Below, piece after piece: positions 49,940 through 62,605 of a stretch of DNA of 62,605 nt. Location of the stretch: NCBI RefSeq assembly GCF_001194135.2, contig NC_069001.1:2185091-2247695 (forward strand), given 5' to 3'. The stretch is from Octopus bimaculoides (lineage: Eukaryota). The notes under the pieces were generated by a model. That model was given only the letters and a program-made list of their open reading frames with translations. It did not search any database and was not told the DNA's origin. Position numbers and translations under genes: made by a program. How positions within the stretch are numbered: position 1 is the first letter of the stretch; the number at the start of each line of letters is the position of its first letter.

Positions 49940-52019
49940 CAGGGAGAGAGAGTGGGGGTGGGGTGAGAAACTAAGATGACTCTTTATTAACTAATATATT
50001 TTCTCCCCACATTTCTAAGGCTTTGCTCATGTGTTGGAAATCATCAGCATTATCGTGAGCCCTTGGGATTTGNNNNNNNNNNNNNNNNNNNNNNNNNNNN
50101 NNNNNNNNNNNNNNNNNNNNNNNNNNNNNNNNNNNNNNNNNNNNNNNNNNNNNNNNNNNNNNNNNNNNNNNNNNNNNNNNNNNNNNNNNNNNNNNNNNNN
50201 NNNNNNNNNNNNNNNNNNNNNNNNNNNNNNNNNNNNNNNNNNNNNNNNNNNNNNNNNNNNNNNNNNNNNNNNNNNNNNNNNNNNNNNNNNNNNNNNNNNN
50301 NNNNNNNNNNNNNNNNNNNNNNNNNNNNNNNNNNNNNNNNNNNNNNNNNNNNNNNNNNNNNNNNNNNNNNNNNNNNNNNNNNNNNNNNNNNNNNNNNNNN
50401 NNNNNNNNNNNNNNNNNNNNNNNNNNNNNNNNNNNNNNNNNNNNNNNNNNNNNNNNNNNNNNNNNNNNNNNNNNNNNNNNNNNNNNNNNNNNNNNNNNNN
50501 NNNNNNNNNNNNNNNNNNNNNNNNNNNNNNNNNNNNNNNNNNNNNNNNNNNNNNNNNNNNNNNNNNNNNNNNNNNNNNNNNNNNNNNNNNNNNNNNNNNN
50601 NNNNNNNNNNNNNNNNNNNNNNNNNNNNNNNNNNNNNNNNNNNNNNNNNNNNNNNNNNNNNNNNNNNNNNNNNNNNNNNNNNNNNNNNNNNNNNNNNNNN
50701 NNNNNNNNNNNNNNNNNNNNNNNNNNNNNNNNNNNNNNNNNNNNNNNNNNNNNNNNNNNNNNNNNNNNNNNNNNNNNNNNNNNNNNNNNNNNNNNNNNNN
50801 NNNNNNNNNNNNNNNNNNNNNNNNNNNNNNNNNNNNNNNNNNNNNNNNNNNNNNNNNNNNNNNNNNNNNNNNNNNGAGAGAGAGAGAGAGAGAGAGGGGG
50901 AGTGTCAGATAAAGAGAGAAAAATAGATAGGAAGAAAATGTCAGGGAGGGGGTAAGAGAGAGAGAGAGAGAGTGTGTATGAGACAAAGAAAAAGGGAGAA
51001 AGAAAGAGAGAGAGGGGGAGTATTCGTGAAAGAAAAAGAGAAGGAAAACTGGAGTCCCAGTTCACAAACCTTACACACACACACACATTTATATGCACAA
51101 ATATTCACACACACACACATGCATAAACAATGCATATGTACACATACATACAAATGCATGTGCTGTAGTATATAGTCCCTACGTCTGTCTGTTGCACCAC
51201 CACCACCACCACCACCACCACCACTGTCTCTCTCCCTCCCCCACACACAAAGAAGACACTTGCTAAGTTTGCTGAATGTGTGTGTGTAGGAGGTTGCAAG
51301 GAGGTTAGAGTTCAACGATTTAAGCAGTTGCGATTTTCAGACCCCAGCAACTCTCAGCTCAGTGCCTTAGTCATCTGCATCCCCTCTTGCCACTGTCCAC
51401 TTTACAGGGTCACAGATAACCTGGCAATTTGGTGGTGGTGGTGGTGGTGGTGGTGGTAGAGGTGAGGGTGTTTGAGAGATAAAACAGGAAGGGTAGAGGT
51501 CATGTGACCAGCTCTGTACTTAAGAATTGGTGGAAGTGCCTGGAAGAAAGAAGACATGGTTGTGGGGGGGATGTAGAAAGGGGAGGTGTTCTTTTGTGTT
51601 TTTGTAGGTTAAGCACAGACACACACACACACACACACCCACATACACACACACACACACACTGGTTTGTAGATGAATGGTCCTCCTCAATCACTGGACA
51701 ATGAGGATTCAGTTGTCTGTCTTCTACTTGCTTCAGTCATTGGACTGTGGCCATGCTGGGGCACCACTTTGAAGCATTTCAGTGGAACAAATCAACTCCA
51801 GGGCTTATTCTCTCTCTCTCTCTCTCTCTTGTTTTCAAAGTCTGGTATTGCATTCTATCCACAACTTTTGCTGAACCACTAAGTTATTGGGACATAAATA
51901 AACCAACACTGGCTATCAAGCAATGGTAGTGGGGACACAAACACAAACACAAAGATGCACACACACACAGACACAAAGATGCACATACACCCACACACAC
52001 ACACTGTGGTAGGTCTCCT

Positions 52020-52232
52020 TAATGTAGTTTTTCAGGGAGATTCAGCGTGACACAGAATGTGACAAGGTCGACCCTTTGAAAGACAAGTACAACTCATTTC
52101 TACCAGCTGAGTGGAGTGGAGGAACGTAAAATAAAGTGTCTTGCTCAAGGGCACAAACCGCCACTGGGAATTGATCTCACGACCTTACAATCGTGAGCCG
52201 AATAACGTAACCACTAAGCTGTGTGCCTTCAC
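52020..52232 (-). mobile_element. Family D SINE
   Basis: cagctgagtggagtggag...aaataaagtgtcttgctcaagg...aaccactaagctgtgtgccttcac. Confidence 0.75.
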
Positions 52233-52274
52233 AGAAGACATGCCACCTATGAAAGAAAAAAGCCAGCTACTTAC

Positions 52275-52442
52275 TTTTTACGGTTAAATCTGTTGTGGTG
52301 ATTTGTTTAAAGGAGAAGACATTCCACTTCAAAGACGATGAGTTTCGGAATTCCTTGTGTTTGTAATTAGTCTCAATAGGCCAGTCTCGTACTAACATTC
52401 AGTCACCGGGTCTCTCCTACATCCAGGAGGTAATGTTAATAC
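52275..52442 (-). CDS. Candidate exon with an internal start codon (MLVRDWPIETNYKHKEFRNSSSLKWNVFSFKQITTTDLTVK from 52398)
   Basis: Minus strand tttcattacag|G...AAAA|gtaagt. ATG at 52398-52396 is open to the donor. Plus-strand readings are also possible. Confidence 0.4.
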
Positions 52443-52690
52443 CTGTAATGAAATTGGGGAGAAAACACCATTATCATTGTTTCAGTTCACTGCTACGACA
52501 ACAAAAATAAACATTATCTTCAATAAGCCTGCGAAAAAAGAATCTATAAACATGAAAATGCAAGTTCGGTTGTGTGGTTAAGCAGCTTGCTTCCCAACCA
52601 TGTGGTTTTTGGGTTCAGTTCCACTAAGTTACAGGGACATGAGCACAGACACAAAGACACACACACATGAATATATATATATAACCATCA

Positions 52691-52722
<32 letters not shown>

Positions 52723-52929
52723 NNNNNNNNNNNNNNNNNNNNNNNNNNNNNNNNNNNNNNNNNNNNNNNNNNNNNNNNNNNNNNNNNNNNNNNNNNNNNN
52801 NNNNNNNNNNNNNNNNNNNNNNNNNNNNNNNNNNNNNNNNNNNNNNNNNNNNNNNNNNNNNNNNNNTTTAGCTGCTATTTCTGAACTTCGGTATATGGTG
52901 AAGCAAATATTTGCTGATCCCTTAATTAT

Positions 52930-52959
<30 letters not shown>

Positions 52960-52968
<9 letters not shown>

Positions 52969-53120
52969 ACTTCTTTCAGTTTCAGTCTACCAAATCCACT
53001 CACAAGGCTTTGGTTGCCCTGCAGCTATAGTAAAAGACTCTTGTCTAAGTTGCCACGCAATGGGACTGAACCCAGAACCACGTGGTTGGGAAGCAAGCTT
53101 CTTACCACGCAACCACACCT
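52960..53120 (-). mobile_element. Family A head and CORE
   Basis: cttctttcagtttcagtctaccaaatccactcacaaggctttgg...ggttgggaagcaagcttcttacc. Confidence 0.85.
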
Positions 53121-53251
53121 GTGCATATATATATATATCTATATATATATATATGGGAGAATTTACGAAAAAAACAACAGACAAGGACAGGTGGTGTAAA
53201 CAACAAAAGGATGTATTAGTTTAACGCTCGGGAATAGAGAAAGTCTTTAAC

Positions 53252-53282
<31 letters not shown>

Positions 53283-53910
53283 CACACACACATACACTCT
53301 TCAAAAGTCAGGATGGTCATGGTTGGAATGCCTTAGCTTATAGGTCTGCTCACTTAGGATTGACCTGTTCTCAATCAGTGTCTGTTGTTAGTGGTTCACC
53401 AAAAGTATTGGAGTTCAATTATGCTGTAAAAATCAGTCATGCATGACACCATATCACATGTTGTATAACTGAACACAACCCAATGGGAGGTGGGGGGGGG
53501 AGTAGGAGGAACCATTATGAGGTTACTAGGTTTGTGAGAAATAGCAGCTAATTCTCTCTCACAACACACCATGTGGGCAAGCTGGATAACACAGACCTAA
53601 TTATGCTACGACTGAATAATCAGTGATGGCTATGATTGGAATGGTGTTGATCAAAAAGGTCTACAAACATATGTAGCCTATATACATAATATATGCTTGC
53701 ATATACACACACACACACACATACACACACACACACACAAATGCGCTGCTGGCTGTGAAGTCGTTAACAAGTTCATTTTCTAAATCAGTGGCTTCAGGTT
53801 CAATCTGACTGTGTGACACTTTGGGTAGATATTTCCTACTATACTCTTGGCCAGACCAATACCTTGTGAGTGGAATCTCTGTAAGTATAAGGAAACTATA
53901 CAGAAGAGCG

Positions 53911-53977
<67 letters not shown>

Positions 53978-55557
53978 AACAGAGCCACAATCTCACAGCA
54001 AACAAAAATATGTAAATAATGCTATCCACAAGATTCTTGCTTTGGTCGTTGACCCGGCCAATGTGGGGGAAAGAAGAAGAAAAAAAACCCCTTCCTGCCT
54101 GAAACTGACAAATATTCCTTACTTTCCTTTCCTGTTCTAAATCCCCACTTCCTTCCTGTTCTAACTCTCCTCTGTCACACATTCTCTTCTCTCAAATTCT
54201 CTTTCCCTCTTTTGTGTCCCACTATTTCGCCCCCCCCCCCACCTCCCTGACCAAGTTCCTTTCCTCCTACACAAAAGCACAATAACGGAATATGTTATTT
54301 CCTGCCTCTCGCTCTGCTGTGTCTACTTATAAACTGAGGACCTCAAAGGACTTTCACTGACTCTGGAAACTCAATTCGAAAAATCTTTGCACATTACCAA
54401 CACACACACACATGTGCACATTTTATATTTCTTCTGGTTCTTTGCAGCCAGAGTTCAAATACAGCCAAGACTAACTCTCGCCTTTCATCATTCAAGGGCT
54501 GACAGAATAAAGTACCAATCAAGTACTGGGGTCAATGGTATTGACTAAATCCCTGTCCCCTGCTGGTTTTGTGATTAAACTGAAAACACACAGGGGACAA
54601 AAGGTGAAGTTGACTTGAAATAAGTACTAGTTTAGGACTGTGGTTGATGTAATCTTCTTACCATCTCCGCAAAATTGCTGGGCTTGGGCCAGAAATTTGA
54701 AACCATTATTATTATTATCATCATTATTAATATTATTATTAAGGTGGCAAGCTGGTAGAAACGGTAGCATGCAGGACGAAATCTACCAAATCCACTCACA
54801 CGGCTTTGGTTGGTCCAGGGATAGAGTACCATGCAGCAGGACTGAACTCAGAACCATGTGATTGGGAAGGAAACCCCTTAAACATACAACTATATCTTTG
54901 CATATTATATATATATATTCAACTAAAAGTTACACACACACACACACACATATTTTTTTGATCCAAAAAATAAGAAAACTAGTTACACAAGAAAGAACTC
55001 AATACCTTTTAGAATGTGGCATATCAATTGCTTCCATTTCAATTATAAGCTCATGTGATGGTGCCAATGTTTCAACACACGATTTCTCCTTCAGGGAGAA
55101 GGGGAACATCTGCCCCTGGGGGGAAGTCGTGAAATTTGAAACGTTGCAAGCTGTAGGGCTCTTATTCAAATTATATATATATATAAACACACACACACAC
55201 AGACATATATATATACATGCACATATATATATATATATATGCACATGCACACACACACAAACAAACATTTAAGCAACTTAGATACATGCATATACATATA
55301 TAAATATATACACACACACATACATACATACACACATATGTAAGCAACTTAGATGAATATATATGTGTGTGTGTGAAATATGTAAGCAATCTATAAACAG
55401 ACAAAACACACACATGTGTATATTATGTGTGTGTGTGTGTGTATTTGTGTTTGTGTGTATTTGTGTGTGTGTGTGCATATGTATATCTGAGTAACCTAGA
55501 ATCACAAGCACACAAACATAACAATATAAGCAACAAACAAATGTACAACAGTGAAAC

Positions 55558-55612
<55 letters not shown>

Positions 55613-55676
55613 GGAGTGCAGACAGATAGCTACACACATACACACAGACATATGGAGAAAAGCGCAAATACATCTA

Positions 55677-55712
<36 letters not shown>

Positions 55713-56927
55713 CACATACACACACAAATACACACACATTTGGTAGCAGAATGAAACATAATTCCACTGACAGTGAAATTATGTAGACAGAAGAATTTGA
55801 CACAGCACACAGGAAACAGGACCTCCNNNNNNNNNNNNNNNNNNNNNNNNNNNNNNNNNNNNNNNNNNNNNNNNNNNNNNNNNNNNNNNNNNNNNNNNNN
55901 NNNNNNNNNNNNNNNNNNNNNNNNNNNNNNNNNNNNNNNNNNNNNNNNNNNNNNNNNNNNNNNNNNNNNNNNNNNNNNNNNNNNNNNNNNNNNNNNNNNN
56001 NNNNNNNNNNNNNNNNNNNNNNNNNNNNNNNNNNNNNNNNNNNNNNNNNNNNNNNNNNNNNNNNNNNNNNNNNNNNNNNNNNNNNNNNNNNNNNNNNNNN
56101 NNNNNNNNNNNNNNNNNNNNNNNNNNNNNNNNNNNNNNNNNNNNNNNNNNNNNNNNNNNNNNNNNNNNNNNNNNNNNNNNNNNNNNNNNNNNNNNNNNNN
56201 NNNNNNNNNNNNNNNNNNNNNNNNNNNNNNNNNNNNNNNNNNNNNNNNNNNNNNNNNNNNNNNNNNNNNNNNNNNNNNNNNNNNNNNNNNNNNNNNNNNN
56301 NNNNNNNNNNNNNNNNNNNNNNNNNNNNNNNNNNNNNNNNNNNNNNNNNNNNNNNNNNNNNNNNNNNNNNNNNNNNNNNNNNNNNNNNNNNNNNNNNNNN
56401 NNNNNNNNNNNNNNNNNNNNNNNNNNNNNNNNNNNNNNNNNNNNNNAAACACCCACCCACCCTTTCCTCCCCCTTCCTCACCTCAACAGCCCCAGAAACA
56501 AAAACAACTACAAAAAAAAAAAAAAATAAAAAGAACAAACAAACAATACAGACAGACAGACAAGAGTTTGGTATGAATAGATGGAGAAAGGAGCAAGATG
56601 AAAGGTGGAGGTGAGGGTACAAGGTGGGGGTGGCATAAAGTGGATGGTGGTGGTGGTGGCGTGAGGGAGGGAGGATCAGAAGAAAAACTTGCTCCCATTT
56701 CAATAATGTGTGTGTGTGTCAATATATATCTAGATCTATATATACATATATATATATACACATATATACACACACATGCTTGTATGTTCATGTAATCTCA
56801 GTCTGCCTGTTGGAAGAGATGTTTGTGTGTGTGTGTGTGTGTGTACGTGTGTGTGTGTGTGCCTGCTTGGCTGCATATCTGCTTAGTTGTCTGTGTCAAT
56901 CTGATGTCTGATCAGTTGACAGGGTGT

Positions 56928-56970
<43 letters not shown>

Positions 56971-58127
56971 GTACATTTGGATTTTACAAATAGGTGGAGG
57001 CATAGGAAAAAATAGAGAACTGATGTTCTCAGCATGTAAAGCAGAGCATGGAGAGGGACACACACACACACACAATCATCATCATCATTGTTTTATGTTT
57101 GCTTTCAAGACTGGTCTGGATTCGAAAGAAACCAACAAGCTAAAGGACTGCACCAAGTTCCAATAACTACTTCGCATGGTTTCTACACCTTGATGCCCTT
57201 TCCTAAATAATAAATATATATATATTATCTCCCCTTCTTCCTAGCTCTCCTGTCTAACTACCTCTGTCCAGTCAGCTGCCATGCTTGACAGCAAGCTCCA
57301 AAAGTTTTTTTTTTAATTCTTTCTCTCTGCTTATTTCTGTGTTCCTTTCTGCTGAAGAGCGTAGGCTCGAANNNNNNNNNNNNNNNNNNNNNNNNNNNNN
57401 NNNNNNNNNNNNNNNNNNNNNNNNNNNNNNNNNNNNNNNNNNNNNNNNNNNNNNNNNNNNNNNNNNNNNNNGGTGGTGTAGGTAATGACGTTATATTGGT
57501 GGTAGTGGTGGTGGTGTTGCAGTTGGTGGTGTACGTGGTAGGGGTGGAAGCGGTGCAGATGATGTTGTCAGTGTTCTTGTTAATGTTGCTGTTGTTAGTA
57601 GTGATGGTGTTGGCGTAGATGGTGTTGGTGGTGGTGGTGGTGGTATTCTTGTTATTGCTGATATTGTCGTTAGTGGTGGTAGCAATATTGCTGTGCTGTT
57701 GTTGTTGGTGGTGAGCATGTTTGTATTGTCGCTGTTGTCGGTAGGTGATGATGGTGTAGGTGAGAGTATATAGGTCTTGTTAATGGGAGGTGGTGATGGT
57801 ATGGACTACAGCAGTGGTGCTGCTACCGTTGGTGTTGTTGTTGTTGCTGTTGTGAGGTGGCGTTGGTGGCAGTATTGTTGTTGTTGTTTAGCTCTAAGCC
57901 AAACCTGTAACCAACTGTGTTTTAGCTCAACAAATATGACAGAAAATAAAATTAAATAAAAAAAGAAAAAAAATCAAAACAAAATTAAACAAAATTTAAT
58001 AGCTGTGAATGGGTGGTGGTGGTGGTGGGGTGTTGACTAGTGGCAGTGATGATGATGATGATGATGATGATGATGGTGATGATGGGACATCAGTAGTCAT
58101 AACTGAAGAATTAAAGGCTATGATCAC

Positions 58128-58159
<32 letters not shown>

Positions 58160-58387
58160 CCACAATAACAACATTATCAATGATTATGATGACGAGTATG
58201 ACAATGTTGATGATGATGACGATGATGACAATAAATTAAGTACCAATGAAACACTGGGGTCAATCTAACTGACTAGCTCCCTCCTGCAAAATTTCAGGCC
58301 TTGTGTTGTAGTAGAAAGGAGTATCATTATTAATATTATCATCGTCATTGTTATTATTATTCTGGTATATTAGGCTAATGTTTTCAG

Positions 58388-58646
58388 TGTCTTCAACAAC
58401 TTGAACATGTTGAAAGAAAAAGGAGGTGGTTATTCAAATCAGGGTAGAACATGTGACAGTTATGAGAAAATTATCAACATGAAATGCCATGCTGAAAGGC
58501 AGAGAGAAAAAAAAAACAAAAAAACTGGCAAATTTTCCAATCCTTGTCATAAATATCCTTACTTGATGGAGAATGTAAAATATAGCCCGTGGAAATATGG
58601 AAATACTTCAAGAAATCAAGAACCATTTAAAATTCCTAAGCACTAA
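58388..58646 (+). CDS. Candidate terminal coding exon, 85 codons (VFNNLNMLKEKGGGYSNQGRTCDSYEK...PFKIPKH*)
   Basis: Acceptor gttttcag|, phase 2. Longest open frame I saw in non-repeat sequence, ending in TAA. No family recognised. Confidence 0.4.
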
Positions 58647-58771
58647 TTTTGACAGTGATTTCTCAGAGTGAAGAAATTAGCCATGGAATCTGTTTGACTG
58701 CAAGAACCCTTTCTTGTTTCATTATATAATCAACAAGGAATGACAATAATCCAATGAAGTAGGATTTCACT

Positions 58772-59021
58772 GGTTTCTAAGAAGAACCAGACTGGCTTCC
58801 AAGAAACTCCAGGCTAGCTTCCAAGAAGATCCAGGCTGGCTTCCAAGAAGATCCAGGTTGGCTTCTAAGAAGATCCAGACTGGCTTCCAAGAAACTCCAC
58901 ACTGGCTTCTAAGAAGATCCAGGCTGGCTTCTAAGAAGATCCAGGCTGGCTTCTAAGAAGATCCAGGCTGGTTTCTTAGAAAACCCTAACTGACTTCTAA
59001 CAGCCTGGTTTTTAAGAAGAT
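58772..59021. repeat. 22-bp minisatellite ccaggctggcttc(t/c)aagaagat, about 11 units; looser second cluster at 59340-59445
   Basis: TTCN3GAA starts at 58775, 58797, 58819, 58841, 58863, 58885, 58907, 58929, 58951 and 58973. Confidence 0.95.
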
Positions 59022-60638
59022 CTTTGCTGTTTTTAGTTATTGCACCAGTTTGTAAGTTCAAGATTGAACAGCTCTATAAGTACCCGTCTTTAAGTTGGCG
59101 AGAGCATATCTTTGTGTTCAGAAGAGAAATCATACACAAAATTCTATTTTTACACATATGTATGTGTATGTGTATATACTAAGACATTCATACATGTGTG
59201 TGTGGGAGTGGCTTCTCTATACATAAATACACAACCACCCAACACAAACCACACAGACACATACATATATATATATCTTTATCATTGAACAATAGAGATT
59301 CACTGCTTCTATCTCGTGTGTGTGTTTGTGTTTATGTATTTTTAAGAAAATCCAGACTCTCTTCTTAGAGATCCAGGCTGGCTTCTAAGAAAACCTGGAC
59401 TGGCTTCCTCTAAGAAGATCCAGACAGGCTTCTGAGAAGATCCCAGCTTGATGGCAAGTAGCTCTGGTGTGAGTACATCATGCAGTTCACCAGCCTAGCT
59501 TGGCAACAAATGTGTTGGATTCATCGACAACTTACATAAATCTGTGTAACAATAATTCCTTTGTATCAGTGAAGGTGGGTGGAGAAATGAGAACTTGATC
59601 AGATGACATGTGAGAAACGCAGTCACTGACTGTAACCCAATTTCATGCCTTGGTTGCATGAAAAACAACAGGAAAACAAAAAAATCTCATGAGGTTAGTA
59701 ACGAGTCAAGGTTACAAAAGAAGAAATTTACATGGTTGATTGAATTTTTTTATTGAATCTAACGTAAATCAACTGTAATATAAAAGTTCAGGTTGTTATG
59801 AAGAGGCATAGAAATGGGTTTGTGCTTCTCAGCCACATGGTTCTGGGTTCAGTCCCAAATGGCTGAAACAAGTAAAAGATAAAAGACGTGTGTGCGTGTA
59901 TGTGTGTGAGAGAGAGAGGGAAAGAGAAAGGGAGTGTGAGTGTGTGTGCCCTCATCTTGACATTATGTGATGGTTGTAAATGAGCATCATTGTCATACAA
60001 GCGAGGTTGTTTGTTTCCAGTCTTCCATGTGAAAAAACATGTATGGCCATGGAGGGGGGGAAGGAGAAGAGGTGAGCGTTGGTGACAGGATAAGCCTCAC
60101 CTCAGGACATCTGGCCAGTCTTGGGTTGACCACAGTTAATTTAAAATGGGGGGTCAAGGTGGTGAAGTTAGTGGGGAGGGGGAGGGCAAAAGCCCAGTGG
60201 TTGGGTGGTGGAAGTGGAGGTGGTGAATGTAGTTGATGGGGAAGGGATGTAATCCAGTGGCGGCGGTGGTGATGATGGGGTTACTTGGTTGGTCAGCTGA
60301 TCAGTTGGTAGTCCACTAATGCGGAGGAAGTGACATGAGAAAGATATCTTTACAAGTGCAGACATCCTTCCCCCCTGGAAACCAAGCCCTTCACGACCCT
60401 AAACTAGAGACCCCACTTCACTCACAAAACACCCTTCTCTTCTCCTGTCCGCACTTGACATCAACCCAAAATAACCACCGGCACCCCGTCACACCCACAC
60501 ACTTAAAACAAAAAACCTACCTTGCCTCCGACACCCAAATCAAATTCCCACCCTCTCATATTTCTATATCATTAATATAAACAAACATCGTACACACAAT
60601 ATAAATATATGTGTGTGTGTGTGTGTGTGTATATATAT

Positions 60639-60698
<60 letters not shown>

Positions 60699-60931
60699 CA
60701 CATATAATATGTGAAATATAATTATGAGAATTCAAGGAGTTTAGAAGTGGCAGGTGTAGTGGTAAGAGTAAATAGAGCACACACACACACACACACACTC
60801 TCAGAGCCACACACATACATGCACACAAACAGAGGCATTCACAGATACACGTATATGCACAGGCACACACACGCATGCAGAGGCATTCACAGATACACGT
60901 GTACATACACACACACGTAGACATGTACACT

Positions 60932-60963
<32 letters not shown>

Positions 60964-61299
60964 CACACAGAGGCACTCATACACAAGTGTTCACACAGAT
61001 ACACACATACACAAGCACTCACAGATACACACATACACACTCACAAAAGAGTCATTAAAATATATTAGTGGGTCGCAAGGAATAAAGTGACTTCATATTT
61101 AGCCAGAGGCCTTCATTAAGTCTTTTACGAAATGAAATATCTATAACCATGCAAACGAAAACTTTTAAAGGGACCAACAGCGGGACTTAATACAGACCTT
61201 TTTTCTTTTTAACTGTTAAGAGGATGCGAAACAGAGAGAGAAATTTCCTCCTGGATGTGACATCTGCCTAAATACAGTTAACACTCCTACTGACTCCTC

Positions 61300-61630
61300 A
61301 TAGCTCATCTGGGTTGCTGGTACTTTACTTTATCAACCCCTAAAAGAATGAAAGATAAGGCCGACTTTGGATGATGATGATGATGATGGTGATCCTTTAT
61401 ATCATAGACCAGGAGTTTGGCCAGTCAATTACAACAACCCCAGTGCCTGACTGGCACTTATGACAATGACCCCGAAAAGATAAAAGGCAAAGTCAACCTT
61501 GGCAGAATTTGAACTCAGAACATAGCAATGGGTGAAATACTGCCAAGCAATTTTTGTCCAGTGTGCTCATGATTCTGCCAGTTCACCGCCTTATATAATA
61601 ATAATAACGATAATAATAATCCTTTCTACT
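61300..61630 (-). mobile_element. Family B SINE copies
   Basis: aaaaggcaaagtcaaccttggcagaatttgaactcagaac. Confidence 0.75.
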
Positions 61631-61807
61631 AATAATGGAAAAGAAGAAGAAGAAGAAGAAGAAGAAAAAAAGCTTAACAAAGAGTTTTACTATGGGAAGA
61701 GATTAATCAATGAAGTGTCAAAAGTGTAACAGCTGTTTGCAGCAGTTAGCAGCTAACCATTTATCTGTTGATAAACTAACATTGCTGACCAGTTTAAGTT
61801 AACAAGG

Positions 61808-61847
<40 letters not shown>

Positions 61848-62029
61848 CAGCTTTTGTAGGGTGAGTGAGTGGGTGGGTAGATGTTTGTTTTGAACCTGGT
61901 AGTCAAATGATGTTGTTGTTGTTGCTGCTGTTGGATTTCTTCTTAATCACTTCCTCCTCCTCCTCTTCCTCCTTCTCCCCCCCCCCCACCTTCAGACAAA
62001 TTAAATTTAAAAGTGCATGGATTTAGCAC

Positions 62030-62286
62030 AGGTGTACGGCCGGCCGTGTGGGGTTTTGAGATGCTTGCTTTGCAGCCGCATGATTTCGAGGGTTCAATCC
62101 CACTGTTCAAGACCTTGGGTAAAGTATCTTCTACTAAGAGTCTTGTGAGTCAATTTGATAGACGGAAACTGTGTGCAAGGCACATTTCGGGGGTCGATAA
62201 AGTAAGTACCAGTAATGTACTGGGATCAATGTAATCAACTTATCCCTCTCTGCCAAACTTCAGGCTTCATGCCTTTAATAGAAAGG

Positions 62287-62319
<33 letters not shown>

Positions 62320-62552
62320 ATTTATTTCTTTATTGCCCACAGGGGGCTAAACACAGAGGGGACAAACAAGGACAGACAAAGGGATTAAGTCAATTACATT
62401 GACCCCAGTGCATAACTGGTACTTATTTAATCGACTCTGAAAGAACGAAAGGCAAAGTCAACCTTGGCGGAATGTGAACTCAGAAGGTAACGAGGGACAA
62501 AATACAGGTAAGGATTTTGCTTAGCGTGCTAATGATTTTGCCAGCTTGCTGC

Positions 62553-62560
<8 letters not shown>
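62030..62560. mobile_element. Family A head/family B tail chimera (+, 62030-62300) abutting a family B copy (-, 62310-62560)
   Basis: gggttcaatccc...accttgggtaaagtatcttc (A) joined to tcggggtcgataaagtaagtaccag (B), a (TTA)n tail, then reverse B. Confidence 0.7.

Positions 62561-62605
<45 letters not shown>

Larger units (their letters stand above)
1..62605. other. Repeat-rich eukaryotic non-coding DNA, probably Octopus; about 20 assembly gaps (about 10% N)
   Basis: Dense (CA/TG)n, (TA)n, (GA)n, (ACC)n, (GAT)n and (AAT)n tracts, many tRNA-headed SINE-like copies, and N-runs mostly bordered by microsatellites. The taxon is inferred from resemblance to octopus SINE families. Confidence 0.8.

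Noticed and set aside
57100-57205. Acceptor plus short ORF (TGLDSKETNKLK...)
   Set aside because: The sequence is a decayed reverse family C fragment (gcatggtttctac...gatgccctt).
58772-59021. CRISPR-like appearance of the 22-bp palindromic repeats
   Set aside because: The units abut with no unique spacers, there are no cas genes, and the context is eukaryotic.
1-62605. Long ORFs in the track (poly-X, HT/VC/YI/RE repeats, poly-I/L/V/T/H)
   Set aside because: They are translations of N-gaps and microsatellites, with no domain-like composition.

Overview
Eukaryotic, intron/intergenic-type DNA from a gapped draft assembly, with about 20 N-runs totalling about 6.5 kb. It is dominated by di- and trinucleotide microsatellites and by at least five families of short interspersed repeats: three tRNA-headed SINE-like families, a (GAT)n-tailed family and an (AAC)n-tailed family. 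The repeat make-up and microsatellite density point to an octopus (coleoid cephalopod) genome; this is an inference, not a database result. Almost every ORF in the supplied track is an artefact of microsatellites, SINEs or N-runs. No rRNA, intact tRNA gene, CRISPR array or transposase/reverse-transcriptase ORF is visible, and I recognise no gene by name. A few short unique islands carry canonical splice signals and open frames. Four plus-strand candidates (41.7-45.4 kb) splice in phase into one unidentified peptide, and there is a possible terminal exon at 58.4-58.6 kb plus a few minus-strand candidates. All exon calls are tentative. The best-supported unusual structures are a perfect 126-bp palindrome (8869-8994), an 88-bp near-perfect hairpin (16089-16176), a 22-bp array with ten phased TTCN3GAA motifs (58775-58981), an interstitial (CCCTAA)n tract (47841-47872), several RFX X-box matches in unique islands, and closely spaced inverted SINE pairs. 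I found no convincing evidence of a new multi-gene system. Coordinates of degenerate repeat copies are approximate (about +/-20 bp).
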